64,000 bases of DNA from Pristiophorus japonicus (taxonomy: Eukaryota): positions 74,958,001 to 75,022,000 of the forward strand of contig NC_091977.1 in NCBI RefSeq assembly GCF_044704955.1, written 5' to 3'. This document shows positions 38,320 through 52,262 of this stretch, piece after piece. The translations under genes were made by a program, and so were the position numbers. The notes beneath the pieces are model-generated. The model saw only the letters and a list, made by a program, of their open reading frames with translations, ran no database searches and was not told where the DNA came from. The number at the start of each line of letters is the position of its first letter. Within the stretch, counting starts at the first letter, position 1.

Positions 38320-40190
38320 GCGGTGATAGGAAAAATAATGGAATCACTACTAAAGGAGAAAATAGAAGAACATCTAGAAACCAAAAATATAATAATGAAT
38401 AGTCAGCATAGATTTCAAAAGGGAAAGTCTTGCTTGACCAACTTTATTGAATTTTTTGAAGAGGTAACAGAGAGTGTAATCAATGGTAATGCAGTGGATG
38501 TAATTTATCTAGATTTTCAAAAGGCTTTCGATAAGGTACCACATAATAGACTGATGAACAAGGACAGAGAATGCAGAGTCAGGGGACAAGTAGCAGAAAA
38601 CGGAGAGTAGGAGTAAAGGGTAGCTATTCACAGTGGGAGAAAGTGGGCAGTGGTGTTCCACAAGGATCAGTGCTGGGACCACTGCTGTTCACAATTTACA
38701 TTAATGATTTGGGAACCAAAATTCGGGTAGCTAAGCACTGCCCATTAGCACCCGAGAGGGACGTTAATGGGCCACTAAGCTCCTCCCGACCAAGTGCCGC
38801 ACTGGCAGCGCCTCCCGGGAACTTCAGTGGAGATTCACTGGTGACAGGGAAAGCAGGCGTTTCCCAACCTCCCGGGGCGATAAGGAGATGGCTGAGCAGG
38901 TGGGTATCCATAAGTTGCGATTTTTGAATTTCCATTTAGTTTTTGTGCACTTATTTCACCTTGATTGCTGTGCAACAGTCTTCAAAGGAGCTCCGGTCCA
39001 TTTTTTTCCAGTCTTCAGGTAGGCCATTGGACCTCCCGTTTAGGCGCTAGGATGCCGGTTTCCTAGCGCCAAAACTTCAGTTGTGATGCCGCACTACCAC
39101 CCCAGGAAGCAGGGTTAGCGTCCAAAGAGGAGTGTGGAATGCTCTACTCCTCTCTTGGGGCGCTGAAACTGAATGTCTCGGTTCGAGGGGGTAAACATTG
39201 CCCTGTGCTAAAGTTAGCGACCAGCTGGTGTCATCGCCTTAATCTGAGCTTTACTGAATTTCCACCTCTTAGACTTTGGAATCAAAAACACAATTTCTAA
39301 ATTTGCAGATGATACCAAATTGGGGGTGATAGTCAATACTGAGAAGGACTGCAACAAATTACTGGAGGACATTAATAAACTTGCAGAATGGGCATTTAAT
39401 TGGCAAATTAAGTTCAACACAGATAAATGTGAGGTATTACACTTTGTTAGGAAGAATAGTGAGCTCACTTGTTACTTGGAGGGTGCGAGTCTAAGTGGGG
39501 CAATGGAACAAAGAAATCTCAGAATACCAATACACAAATTACTAAAAGTTGCAACACAGGTTAGCAAGATCATAAAAAAGCAAAGCCAGACCCTAGGGTT
39601 TATTTCTAGAGGTATAGAATTGAAAAGTAGGGAAATTATGCTAAACCTGTATCGAACCTTAGTTATCACACAGTCGTGGTTGCCATATTATAAAAAGGAT
39701 ATCATCATCATCATCAAATAGGGGCATTGGAGAAGCTGCAGAGAAGATTTACAAGGATGATACCAGAAATACAAATGTATACATATCAGGAAAGGATGAA
39801 CAGTCTGCGTCTCTTTTTTCTTGAAAAAAGAAGGCTGAGTGAGAGTTGACCTAATAGAGGATAGAGTCAATGCAGAGAGAATGTTTCCACTTGTGGGTAA
39901 GAGCATAACTAAAGGCCATCAATATAAGAGTTACCAAGAAATCCAATGGAGATTTCAGAAGAAACCTCTTTACCCAAAGAGTGGTAAGAAAGTGGAACTC
40001 GCTACCACAGGGAGTGGTTGAAGCAAATTGTATAGATGTATTTAAGGGGAGGTTGGACAAGCATATGAGGGAGAAGGGAATAGAGGGTTATAACCTGATA
40101 GATTTAGATGATGAAAGATGGGAGGAGACACAAGTGGAACACAAGCACCAACATGGACTGATTAGATCAAAATGCCTGTTTCTGTGCCAT
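38320..40190 (+). mobile_element. Old CR1 RT fragment interrupted by a MITE
   Basis: [17 protein letters not shown] and QGSVLGPLLFTIYIND continue at 39270 with [11 protein letters not shown]. Confidence 0.85.
38711..39267. mobile_element. Harbinger-type MITE inside CR1
   Basis: GC-rich insert bounded by GGGAACCAAAATTC.. / ..GAATTTCCACC, interrupting YINDL|D of the CR1 RT. Confidence 0.65.
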
Positions 40191-42150
40191 ATATCGTAGA
40201 TAAATAAAGGACTAAAACTTTAATCGAGTATCCATCCAAAAATTACAACACATCACACCTCTTTGCTCTACATGACTATGGCAATAATAATTACCTGATT
40301 GAATAAGTCAGCCCTCGTCCTTTTTTCGCCTGTTAGTGTCAGATCGTGAGGTACCAGACATTCTTCACAAAAACACACATGCACCATTTATTGTGGTTAT
40401 CTGTCAGTGAACTGATTGACCCAAACACTTTCCTACTTACCTGCTCCTTCCCTAGGCTGCTGATGCAATCGAGCCAGAATAGCGTTTTCAAGGCAGGACT
40501 TCAATCTCCAAGCAACCCCAGCTCATTACTTCCATTTTACATGGGATTTGTGGAAATAGATCCTTAAATCAATATGGAAATGAACTAACCCATAAAATTC
40601 TGGTGGATTCGTCACTATTGAGCATCAGCAAGCATAACTCATGACTGGCTGATGCAAACCCAGCATAATTCACCACATGGAATTTCAAGGGTATGATATA
40701 CGTTTTAGATGCAGTGTTAGTCTGCATTTAAATAATAATTCTGTCTTTTGGTGACACTCGTAAGCAGCTGAAATATTGCTAACCTGTGAAATAAATCTGC
40801 TTGCTATTTCACTTGACATTATTAGGGTGGATTTTCCTAGAGAACAGAAATGAATACAACGAGTGAAAATGAAGGGGAAACAGGAAATTTGGATGCTATC
40901 ACATGGTCCCAGGCGTGCTTCACCAAAAATCACATGATTGCATCCGAATTTCCTGTTGCCCTTTCATTTGCTTGAATAGGACACTGTAGTGGTATAAATT
41001 GGGCCTTGTGATTGAGCGCTGCATACAGACACACAGAAAATTAGGGGGCAGTGCTGGCCTTGGTAAATGGCTGCTAATGGGTTGAGATATTTTTTGAGGC
41101 TCACCAAGAACTTCCTGAAATTTCTGTCCCCTATAGTGGCACATCCCTTAAATTGTGTCCGTCCCGTTAAATTTTACTTTCACGTAAATTTATTTTACCA
41201 TCACTGGTGTGCTCACTATACCCATCTGAATCTACACCTGAAGTTATGCTAATGGGTTAACCTCAGAAAATTGGGTTAACCTCAGAAAATTGGGTTCAAA
41301 TAGCACACTCCATTTTAGGTTTGTCTAAAACCCATCAATAGCCATCCTAGAATAAATGACATCAAGATTAGAAAATCTAGGCTACACTTTAATCGCTTTT
41401 TAACAAATTACTTTACCTCGTCAGCTCTATACTGTTTTCAGTGTATTGAAGCATTGGCTCTGATTGATTGAAAATAACACCAAAGGACATCCGGGATATT
41501 CATCCTCACTGCCTGGGTGGTAATCTGGCTGGATCTGATCTCCCACCCTTTATAGAATCAGCCTGATTTCTCTCCATTGATTTCAATGTAATGAAAATCA
41601 GGCAGATTCTGTAAGTGGTGAGTGAAATCTACTTCCAGGTTTCAAGTATTAAACCAGAGTATATGGCTCCACAGCTTGGAAGCACAGTAAGTACCAAGTG
41701 CATGTTTCTCTTTTGCATGCTATATATCAGGTCACCATGCAAACATTAACAATTGTATATACTTGTGTACAAATCTCAAGATCTATATCCCTGTTCAAGG
41801 ATAAAATGATGGGGGATTGTCTTATAGAAAGGTCGCATCTTCCCTCAATGATTTCTTCCCTGGCCATTTTCCTTCTGAGCAAAGAAATGTCTCCAAAGAC
41901 TATGGGGGAACTTCCGCAGGGGATGTCCAGTTCATCCGCCGTAACATTAGCAGGAAAATTCAGTAAAATGGCAGAAGTGTGTTGATGCCATTTTCTTGGG
42001 GTTTCTGCAGTTTTTCCATTTAAGTTACAAGAGATGGGCAAGAGAACATGTGTGCAAATTCATCCCCATCAGAAGCAACAATAGCAATGTTCCTGTCCGC
42101 TATTGTTTCAATGTACTCTGCTCCGCCACGATTAGGATGGGGTAACATAA

Positions 42151-44551
42151 GGGACTCAATTTTCCCCAATGCCATTTTTTGGCATATTGCCAGAGTTATG
42201 CCTGTATTTTTTGGCCCCGACTACTCCAAAAAAATAACTAGCAAGTTTTCCCGATCTATTTTTTGAAATTGGCGCTGCGCAGCCTGTCCTTTAGCTTCGT
42301 GGGGTAGAACCTAATGTCTGCACTGAGAAACCAATGCTCCCCCTTCTACACATGCGCGGAAAAAAAAGACATTTTTGACGTGACTGCTATAAGCGCGCAT
42401 GCCCAGTATAGGTCCCGGTCTGCATTCGGCCATTTTTAAAGGGCTAGTTGTGTGTGAGAACTTTAATTCTCATTGGAAAGATCGGAACTGTAATACAAGA
42501 TGCAAGGACCAAGAATTTCTTACAGGATGAAGTAGAGGCATTGGTTACTATAATTGAGGCTAGATGGCATGAGCTGGACACCAGCAGAGGTCACATAAAA
42601 GATTCACCAAAAGAAATGAAGAAACGATGGAACCAACTTGCAGAAGATTACTGTGCAATGGTGACCACCTCGAGGTCTGGAGGCCAGTGCAAAAAGAAGT
42701 GGCAGGACCTTGGTCAAGTAGTTAGTGTAAGTAATATTTTCATTTATTCACTGGAATTGCAATTGTAAATGTGACCATCTGTATATGTCCCACCCGGCAG
42801 AAAGACACCCTCTCTAAAAAGTTATATTTTCATCTTTGCAGAGGAAGGTGGCACACAACAAAAGGGAAAGTACTCGAACAGGAGGAGGCCGGCAAATCTG
42901 CACCCACTAACACTCTTGGAAGACAGGGTCACTGCTTTGATGGGTCATGCCTGGAGAAAAGCAACCACCACTGCACAAGCTGGGCCCACACTCGAGGGAG
43001 AGGGTAAGTCTGCAAATTCCACAGTCTGGCTTTGATAAATATTAAGTACTGCGCAGATTAACCATGCTTCAGTTCATGGGGATGTCTCTGTCAGCTACGC
43101 TTTGGTTGATGCAATGTGCTATCATTCATCGTGGTCCTTCAAATGAGCCTGCTGCCTGCACTGTGTGAGCCTACTCATGTCACTCTGCTCTGCTGCAAAC
43201 CATTTGTCTGTTCTGTTATATTTTGTAGAACATAAGGCCAACCCTGATGATCCCCTCTCTGTCCTGTCTGAAGATCCTGTAACCAAGAATGTTGAGCTGT
43301 AATACCTGCCCTTCTTTTAGCCATGTCACTGTAATAGCTATAATATCTTACTCCCAAGTGGCTACCTGTGCTCTCAGCTCATCTGCCTTATTCATTATAC
43401 TCCATGCATTGAAGTTTATACCATTTAGTACAGCCAGATCTCCTTGTTGACTACTTTTAGCCCTTGTTTCCTCTGTCCTTCAAATTTATTTTCTACAGTT
43501 TTTCTTTCCACTTCCAGCTTTACTCCCCTCCCGACTAAATCTATTCTCATGTTCCCATCCCCCTGCCAAGCTAGTTAAAACCTTCCCCAAGGTCGACGTC
43601 CTAGTATGGATCACACCCAGGTCTGCGCATGCGCAATAGGCTTGCTTAGAACGGAAAGCTAGGCATTCAAATAAGGACATTTGGGGCAACGAAGGATAAT
43701 GCAATTCTTTAATTTTAAATCTTATTCAAATTACCACCTCACCACCGACCGAATCTATTCTCATGTTCCCATCCCCCTGCCAAGCTAGTTAAAACCTTCC
43801 CCATCATCTACGTGCTCTGAGGTTCCTCATGCGATGATGTTGAATCAATCACCTCCTCCGCAGCACCATCATGAAGAAGCCTTGCACGAGGTATTGCATT
43901 GTCAATATTGCCCCCATGAGTGATCGAGGGTTGGCCGGCAGAATCGTTCCCTCGCTCGGACACAGGGGCTCGGGCTTCTTTTGATGCTGCTGCATAGTGT
44001 AAGGGTTCTCATCCCTTCTGTTTGGCTTTCACACCCCCTACTGCCCCCCCCCCTCCCCCCAGGCTTCTTTTCAAGCCGAGTCCCAAGCCCCGAGCCCCTA
44101 AGCTGCCGGCCGACACTCCGACCCTTGAACTCGGTTTGGAGACGTTCGCTGGTGGCATGGCACTTTGAAAAAAATCCAAAATTAAAGAATTGCATTAGAC
44201 TTCCATTTTCTGCATTTTAAGTTTGAAAAAAAAATAAGCTTCATGATGCATATTTAATGTGTTCTTAATTCCCTCTAAAACTTCACCTAAAAACAATGGT
44301 GCCTTTCTGCAGCATTTTTTTAATGTGCGCTGTTTTTTCTTAAGTGCCCAGAAGGTTTTTTGGGAGTCACATACGCCGTCCTACGAGAAATGTAAGTTGG
44401 CCAAACTTGCATACATGTAAAAAAACTGGCGCAGACATCAGGTTACGCCCTCACGACACAAAAAACACCAAAAAAAATCGTAACTAACAGTTACTCTGGC
44501 GCTCAATCTTTGGGGAAACTTGGATATTTTAATTTAGGGAAAATTGAGCCC
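42151..44551. mobile_element. Internally deleted PIF/Harbinger transposon
   Basis: TIRs GGGACTCAATTTTCCC / GGGAAAATTGAGCCC with TAA-like flanks. Myb/SANT gene on +; probable transposase N-terminus on - near 43800-43916. Confidence 0.8.
42448..43004 (+). pseudogene. Spliced Myb/SANT-like (MSANTD-type) Harbinger gene, exons 1-2
   Basis: ARTKNFLQDEVEALV..W..W..RSGGQCKKKWQDL, GTAAGT donor at ~42727, acceptor TTTGCAG at ~42841, exon 2 RKVAHNKRESTRTGGG. Confidence 0.8.
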
Positions 44552-45164
44552 TTTATCTTTAGCTGTGACAGCTAAAACCACTACCCTGCTCTTTCCCAAG
44601 AGCCCTGTAATTTTTTCCCTTCTAGTATTTAGCAAATTCTCTTTTGAATGTTACAGTTGAATCTGCTTCCACTACCCTTTCAGGTAGTGCATTCCAGATC
44701 ACTGCAACTCGCTGTGTAAAAAAATGTTTCCTCTGGTACTTTGGACAATCACCATAATTCTGTGCCCTCTTGTTACTGACTCTTGTGCCACTGGAATCGC
44801 TTTCTTCTGATTTACTTTATCAAAATCATTCATGATTTTGAACACCTCTATCAAATCTCGTCTTAACCTTCTCTGCTCTAAGGAGAACAACCCAGGTTCT
44901 CCAGTCTCTCTACATAACTGAAGTCTTACATCCCTCGTACCATTCTAGTACATCTCACCCTTCTTAACATCCTTTCTAAAATGTGGTGCCTAGAATCGAA
45001 CACAAGACTCCAGCTGAGGCCGAACCAGCATTTTATAAAGGTTTGCATGACTTCCTTCCTTTTGTATTCTATTTCTCTTTTAATAAAGCCCAGGATCCCA
45101 TATGCTTTTTTAACAGCCTTCTCAACTCTTCCTGCTACTTTCAAAGATTTGTGTACCTACAACA

Positions 45165-48100
45165 GGGCTAGATTTTCCACTATTTTTGCGTCGATACCGC
45201 CCACTTAACGTCCATTTTAACACTGAGATGAGGTATAATTCCCAGACATCGGCCATTTAGGCACAAAATGGAAAATAACGCCCACTTATCGAATATCGGC
45301 CAGCGTTACTTTCGGCATGTAATTAACGCCGAGATTTAATAATTCCGCCCAGCCACTTTTTTTTGTGTAAAGTTCACATTTGCCGAAACTAACGCCCAGA
45401 AATCGCCCAGTGTTACTTTCAACACCCCACACACATCTCACCGACAATATCGCTCGCCGAAAAAACCGCTGTGAAAATGTTGCTCTCACTTGAACTAAAA
45501 TGGATGCCATTTTCTAAATCGCAGTTCGCATCATTTAAAAGGTTGCTTCAACTTCGGGGGAGTTTAGATGTACTCTGGAGTTCTTTTCAGGTGATGTGAA
45601 CATCTGAACAAACATCTTATCATACTGTGGAGAATTGGAATTTACTTTAGGTGTCTTAGCGGGAACATTTATTGTTTGTGAACAATCGGTGTATTACTGA
45701 TAGTTATTGGAATGGGGCCTGTCCTTTCTCAGCCTGTCTTGATGAGTACGCACATGCTGCAGACTAGAGATAGCAGAAGATATATTCGGCAGCATTATGT
45801 GCCCAATCTAAGATGTGCCAGACTGATGAGGAGGACCAGACCTTACAGGGAGGAGCAGTCTTACTTCAACATGTCCGATAACACCTGCCTTAGGAGACAG
45901 TGCTTCCACAATGAGGTTTTCAGTGAGATATGCCAGCTCATCAGGGGAGATCTGCAGCCTGCCACCAGTGTTCCTGGCAATCACCTCCAGGGCCTCCGCC
46001 ATCCGCGGCACGTTCTCCGTCATGGTGGCGGACATGCTGACCAGCTGTTATCCCCCATTGTCTGTAGGATCTGCTGACCTATGTCAATACTCCTCCTGGA
46101 CAAGCCTACCATGTCCCCGCTCAGATCTGCCACTTGTGGAGCAGACCTGCTGCGTCGAACCAACTCTGCTTATCCTGGAGAAACCTCGGGTGCCCTGTGG
46201 CAAGGTGCTTGGGTTCGGTACCTCCTCAGTGGAGGTGGGAATGGCCGCAGTAGCACTCGATATCTTTGGTGCGGACTGCATTATGGAGCTTGGCGATGCA
46301 GGCTCCTCAAAATCGGCACTATTATCCATGGAGAAGGGACCCAGCAGATCCATGGGTGAGAATCGGGGCTCCTCAGCACCAGATGGAGGATCGTCCGATG
46401 AGTCCGGCCCTACGCCCCCACCTGCTGGGCTCAGTGGTCTTGCATGGGGCCGTGCTGCTGGCTGAGCTGCAAAACGTAAATGAGGTTAGAAACATAGAAA
46501 CATAGAAAATAGGAGCAGGAGTAGGCCATTCAGCCCTTCGAGCCTGCACCACCATTCAATGAGTTCGTGGCTGAATATGCAACTTCAGTACCCCATTCCT
46601 GCTTTCTCGCCATACCCCTTGATCCCCCTAGTAGTAAGGACTACATCTAACTCCTTTTTGAATATATTCAGTGAATTGTCAACAACTTTCTGTGGTAGAG
46701 AATTCCACAGGTTCACCACTCTCTGGGTGAAGAAGTTTCTCCTTATCTCGGTCCTAAATGGCTTACCCCTTATCCTTAGACTGTGACCCCTGGTTCTGGA
46801 CTTCCCCAACATTGGGAACATTCTTCCTGCATCTAACCTGTCTAAACCTGTCAGCATTTTAAACGTTTCTATGAGATCCCCTCTCATTCTTCTGAACTCC
46901 AGTGAATACAAGCCCAGTTGATCCAGTCTTTCTTGATATGTCAGTCCCGCCATCCTGGGAATCAGTCTGGTGAACCTTCGCTGCACTCCCTCAATAGCAA
47001 GAATGTCCTTCCTCAAGTTGGGAGACCAAAACTGTACACAATACTCCAGGTGTGGCCTCACCAAGGCCCTGTACAACTGTAGTAACACCTCCCTGCCCCT
47101 GTACTCAAATCCTCTCGCTATGAAGGCCAACATGCCATTTGCTTTCTTAACCGCCTGCTGTACCTGCATGCCTACCTTCAATGACTGATGTACCATGACA
47201 CCCAGGTCTCGTTGCACCTCCCCTTTTCCTAATCTGTTACCATTCAGATAATAGTCTGTCTCTCTGTTTTTGCCACCAAAGTGGATAACCTCACATTTAT
47301 CTACATTATACTGCATCTGCCATTCATTTGTCCACTCACCTAACCTATCCAAGTCACTCTACAGCATCAGAGTATCCTCCTCGCAGCTCACACTGCCACC
47401 CAACTTAGTGTCATCCGCAAATTTGGAGATACTACATTTAATCCTCTCGTCTAAATCATTAATGTACAATGAAAACAGCTGGGGCCCCAGCACAGAACCT
47501 TGCAGTACCCCACTAGTCACTGCCTGCCATTCTGAAAAGTCCCCATTTACTCCTACTCTTTGCTTTCTGTCTGCCAACCAGTTCTCAATCCACATCAGCA
47601 CACTACCCCCAATGCCATGTGTTTTAACTTTGCACGTTAATCTCTTGTGTGGGACCTTGTCGAAAGCCTTCTGAAAGTCCAAATACACCACATCAACTGG
47701 TTCTCCCTTGTCCGCTCTACTGGAAACATCCTCAAAAAATTTCAGAAGATTTGTCAAGCATGATTTCCCTTTCACAAATCCATGCTGACTTGGACCTATC
47801 ATGTCATCTCTTTCCAAATGTGCTGTTATGACATCCTTAATAATTGACTCCATCATTTTACCCACTACCGATGTCAGGCTGACTGGTCTATAATTCCCTG
47901 TTTTCTCTCTCCCTCCTTTTTTAAAAAGTGCAGTTACATTGGCGACCCTCCACTCCATAGGAACTGATCCAGAGTCTATGGAATGTTGGAAAATGACTGT
48001 CAATGCATCTGCTATTTTCAAGGCCACCTCCTTAAGTACTCTGGGATGCAGACCATCATTCCCTGGGGTTTTATCGACCTTCAATCCCATCAATTTCCCC

Positions 48101-50089
48101 AACATAATTTCCCGACTAATAAGGATTTCCCTCAGTTCCTCCTTCTTACTGGATCCTCTGACCCCTTTTATATCCGGAAGGTTGCTTGTGTCCTCCTTAG
48201 TGAATACCGAACCAACGTATTTGTTCAATTGGTCTGCCATTTCTTTGTTCCCCATTATGACTTCCCCTGATTCCGACTGCAGGGGACCTATGTTTGTCTT
48301 TACTAACCTTTTTCTCTTTAATATCTATAGAAGCTTTTGCAGTCCGTCTTAATGTTCCCTGCAAGCTTCCTCTCGTACTCTATTTTCCCTGCCCTAATCA
48401 AACCCTTTGTCCTCCTCTGCTGAGTTTTAAATTTCTCCCAGTTCCCGGGTTCACTGCTATTTCTGGCCAATTTGTATGCCACTTCCTTGGCTTTAATACT
48501 ATCCCTGATTTCCCTTGATAGCCACGGTTGAGCCACCTTCCTTTTTTTATTTTTCCACCAGACAGGGATGTACAATTGTTGTAGTTCATCCATGCGGTAT
48601 CTAAATGTCTGCCATTGCCCATCCACTGTTATTAGAGGAGAAGGGGGTGCCAGGATCACAAGATGATTCCAGCGCTACATGCAACATATGCACGACAGAA
48701 GCACCACCACTATCAAAATCATCACAGACATGACATTTCATGACCATCACCAAATTCTGCATTGCAATGATTCTCATAAGGCCATCATTATTTAGAGAAC
48801 ACTTTTATCATTCATCTATCATATATTATTGGTCAGATATGAGTGGGTGTGGCATCTATTGAATTTACATCACGTAATGGTGTATACACATGGCATCACA
48901 TCAGGTTCTGCAGCTGCTTGCCTGGCCAACCTGGGGTGGCTCCCACTAGTGCCAGCACCCACTCCTCAATGTCGGTGAGCTCGCTGATGACTGGTAGCCC
49001 GCCACCCATTTGCCTCTGCTCGGCCCTATTCTTTGAAAGCTTCTTCTGTAAAAGGTAACACCAGTACGACATGGCATGAGATCAGTGCGTGAGATCATTG
49101 CTAGGTACAGTCACAGAGACTGATACAACACATAACCAACAGATGTAATCATGATTATAATTAAAATTATCATTCTTTACCAAAAGAGGTACACCGTGAA
49201 AACAGGCTTTGAGTAAAACATTCCCGGTATAAGTGCAAGACATCACATCTGATTTTAATCACTTATGGCACTTACAATTCAAATTATATAAATATATAAG
49301 TGCATGTAAATAAATGTAATACTTACTCTGGCAGATCCGACAAGGTCATTCCAGCACTTGCGGCACTGGTTGCCCTCACGCACCTCATTGGTTGCCAACA
49401 AAACCACCTGAGCTATATCGGCCCATATCCTCTGGTAGACCTTTGGGGTGGGCTTCCCATGCTCACCCTGGGTCAATTGACCCCAGCACGACTTGACCTC
49501 CTGCAGGAGGGAGGCAGTTGCCTCGTCCGAGAATCTCACTCTTTTTCATCCTCCCAATTGTTCCTCTCCCACCTCACTGCTTTCACCAGCGTCAGTCTCC
49601 GCAGCATGCTGTGTCGCCTTCTCCATCCCTACCATTGTAAAAAAAAATGTCCACAAAAAATTCGGTGGGAACAACGTTATTTGTGCTCTGAATTCTTTTT
49701 GCTGCTGGAAATTCTTCCTCCTACCTCCCAAAACAGCCAAACAAGCATACACCACACCCACACACGCTTTCAGTTCCTCTCTGCTCCCCCTCTCTCTCTC
49801 TCTCTCCTCTTCCGCGCATGTAATGATGACACCTGACCTTCTGAAATGTGGGAAACGACTGTTGCCATGCCGTTGCTATGGACACCGACACTTTACGGCA
49901 GAGGCTCCAAAATTTTAATGCTAATGCCCATTTCTGATCGCTCGCGGTAACGCCCATTTTATAAAATGGAAAGTTGGGGTTTTGAAAATGGGCGATAATC
50001 CAGCGATCTGAAAAAACCCATATTTACCGCCAACGCTGGAAATAATGCCCATTTTTAGGCGATCTGTACAAAAGTCGAAAGTCTAGCCC
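45165..50089. mobile_element. Internally deleted PIF/Harbinger transposon
   Basis: TIRs GGGCTAGATTTTC / GAAAGTCTAGCCC. Transposase N-terminus on + (45712-45965; SYFNMSDNTCLRR..EICQLIRGDLQP). Myb/SANT exons on - at 49325-49540 (RFSDEA..W..QCRKCWNDL), ~48900-49050 and 45965-46470. Confidence 0.85.
46489..48630 (-). mobile_element. 5'-truncated young CR1, same family as 6321-10075
   Basis: ORFs 46585-47352, 47359-48255 and 48318-48659 are nearly identical to the 6414-8954 proteins, with the same tail. Confidence 0.95.
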
Positions 50090-51248
50090 CAGATCTCTCT
50101 GTTCCTCCACCCAATTTAAATGTATCATTTAGTTTATACTGCCTTTCCTCATTCTTCCCACCAAAATGTATAATTTCACACTTCCCTGCGTTAAGTTGTA
50201 TCTGCCATGTATCTGCTCATTTTACCTGTCTGTCCATGACGTCTGTTATTATCCTCCTCATTGTTTACTACTTTTATGAGTTTGTATCATCTGCAAACTT
50301 TGAAATGATGCCCTCTATACCCAAGTCCAGATCATTAATATATATCAAACCGTGGAGTGGTCCTAATATCAACCCCTGGGGAATACCACTGGACACTTCC
50401 CTCCGGTCTGAAAAAAACATTCACCACTACTCTTTGCTTTCTGTTCCTCAACCAATTTTATATCCATGCTGCCACTGTCCCTTTAATCCCATGGGCTTTA
50501 ATTTTGGTAACAAGTCTATTATGTGGTACTTTGTCAAACACTTTTTAAAAGTCCATTTCTGCAACATCAAACATACTACCCACATCAACCCTTTCTGTTA
50601 TTTTATCCAAGAAAAAACACGATTTGCCTTTAACAAATCTGTGTTGACTTTCATTTATTAGCCCATACTTTTTCAAATGCCAATTAATTTTGGCCTGGAT
50701 TATTGTCTCGACCCCTGGATTAAAGTTTCCCTACCATCGACATTAGGCTGACTGGCTTGTGCTTGCCGGGTTTATACCTCTCCCTTTTTGTAAACAAGGG
50801 TTTAAGATTTGCGGTTCTCCAGTACTCTGGCACCACACCCCCCCTATCCAAGGATGATTGGAAGATTTTGGCCAGAACCTGTGCAATTTCTATCCTTACT
50901 TCCCTCAGTAACCTAGGGTGCATCCCATCCGGACCGGGTGACTTTTCTACTTTGAGGTCTGCCAACCTTTTATGTACATCCTCTTTATCTATTTTTAACC
51001 TATGCAATGTCGCTACTGCCTCATCCTTTACTGCTACATTGGCAGAATTCTCTTCTCCAGTGAAGACAGATGCAAAATTCTCATTTAGTACCTCAGCCAT
51101 ACTCTCTGCCTCCATAAGAAAATGGCCTTTTTGGTCCCTAATCGGCTCTAGCATTCCTTTTACTGGTTATATGTTTATATTGTTTTGTCTGGATATTATG
51201 TACATTCATACTTATAGCTTATTTGCTAGGTTGTTTTGTTTTCCACCT

Positions 51249-51823
51249 TGTAGTGTATTTGCTTCATGGGTTTCTTTGCTTAAGAATTCATAGCTACACA
51301 TTAACTGTAAAAACTAGCTGGTTTATTAGCAAAGGTTTAACAATGAAACTGAACACTGCCAGTTCATACTTTAGGCTCACAACTCTTTTGTAGCAAAACA
51401 AAATTGAACAGTTAGATCAAGTGCCCCCCGACTTGGGGGACACTCCAAACATTTGTTTTTTTGTGGGGTATTTTTGTGTGATTTTTTTGTTTTTTGGGCA
51501 CTGAAATCATAAATTATACAAGTGCCCCCTATAAAAGGGGAGGGGGACACTAAAACCGGCAATAAAACAAATTAAACCTTAAAACATATAAAATCAAATT
51601 AAAATTTGGTTGCCGGGGGTAATGATGCACTCCAGTCCCTCCGGTGCCCACCTCTCACGGAAGGCTGCTCAGGCTCACAACAGCCCACCTCACCATGGGG
51701 AGCCTGAGATCAATTAACTGGGGTTTTATTGCATCTTGTGAACATCACGTGACTGGCTAAGCCACTTGCAGTGTGCAACAGCTCCACAAATCTGGGATCA
51801 TGCTCACAGGTGCATACATTACA
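51249..51823 (-). mobile_element. Solo LTR related to 1-252
   Basis: TGTAGTGTA..TACATTACA termini, flanks CACCT/CACAT, and similarity to the window-start LTR. Confidence 0.75.
51384..51670 (-). mobile_element. 3' end of a Tx1/L1-like LINE inserted in the solo LTR
   Basis: 11 bp TSD AGGCTCACAAC (51373-51383 and 51671-51681). The minus strand encodes AFRERWAPEGLECIITPGNQILI* followed by a T-rich 3' UTR. Confidence 0.7.
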
Positions 51824-52124
51824 CACATACTTCAAAAAGAATTAACTAAAGTCAAGAATTCAGTTGGAGCTTTTCATTGCCCTCCTGACTTTATTTGATT
51901 ATTTTTCTTTCGTAAACTACAAACATTTTCAAATTATTTTTCTTCAGTAAGTAACTCAAAGTAGCAGCAAAATCCTATTTGCTGTTTGGTGGAGATCTGA
52001 TTAATGGTGTCATACGGTTAGCTTGCACCAAAGAGCAACATTACTGGCTCAATACAGCATTGCAGCATTACAAACATATATGGCAGATAAAAAACTTTTA
52101 ATAACATAGATAGATTCAAATTTT

Positions 52125-52262
52125 AAACAGCTTTTTGTTAGATTATCAAGGGATATGGAGCCAAGGCAGGTAAATGGAGTTGAGGCACAGATCAGCCACG
52201 ATCTAACGGAATGTCAGAGGAAGCTCGAGGGGCTGAATGGTCTACTCCTGTTCCTATGTTCA
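52125..52262 (+). mobile_element. CR1 tail or CR1-derived SINE 3' fragment
   Basis: ATCAAGGGATATGGAG..AGATCAGCCA.GATCT..GGCTGAATGG.CTACTCCTGTTCCTATGTT. Confidence 0.7.

Larger units (their letters stand above)
44590..51160 (-). mobile_element. Old CR1 in pieces 44590-45164 and 50090-51160, split by a Harbinger element
   Basis: KAYGILGFI.R.IEY, LEQRRLR.DLIEVFKI and KSPGPDGMHPRLL. Continuity TGTACCTACA.. / CAGATCTCTCTG. Confidence 0.8.

Noticed and set aside
41254-41296. Short ~19 bp tandem duplication GGGTTAACCTCAGAAAATT
   Set aside because: Simple local duplication with no further structure.
42448-42768. Host MSANTD/NAIF1-like or HARBI1 domesticated gene
   Set aside because: It sits between transposon TIRs, exon 2 is frameshifted and the partner transposase is truncated.
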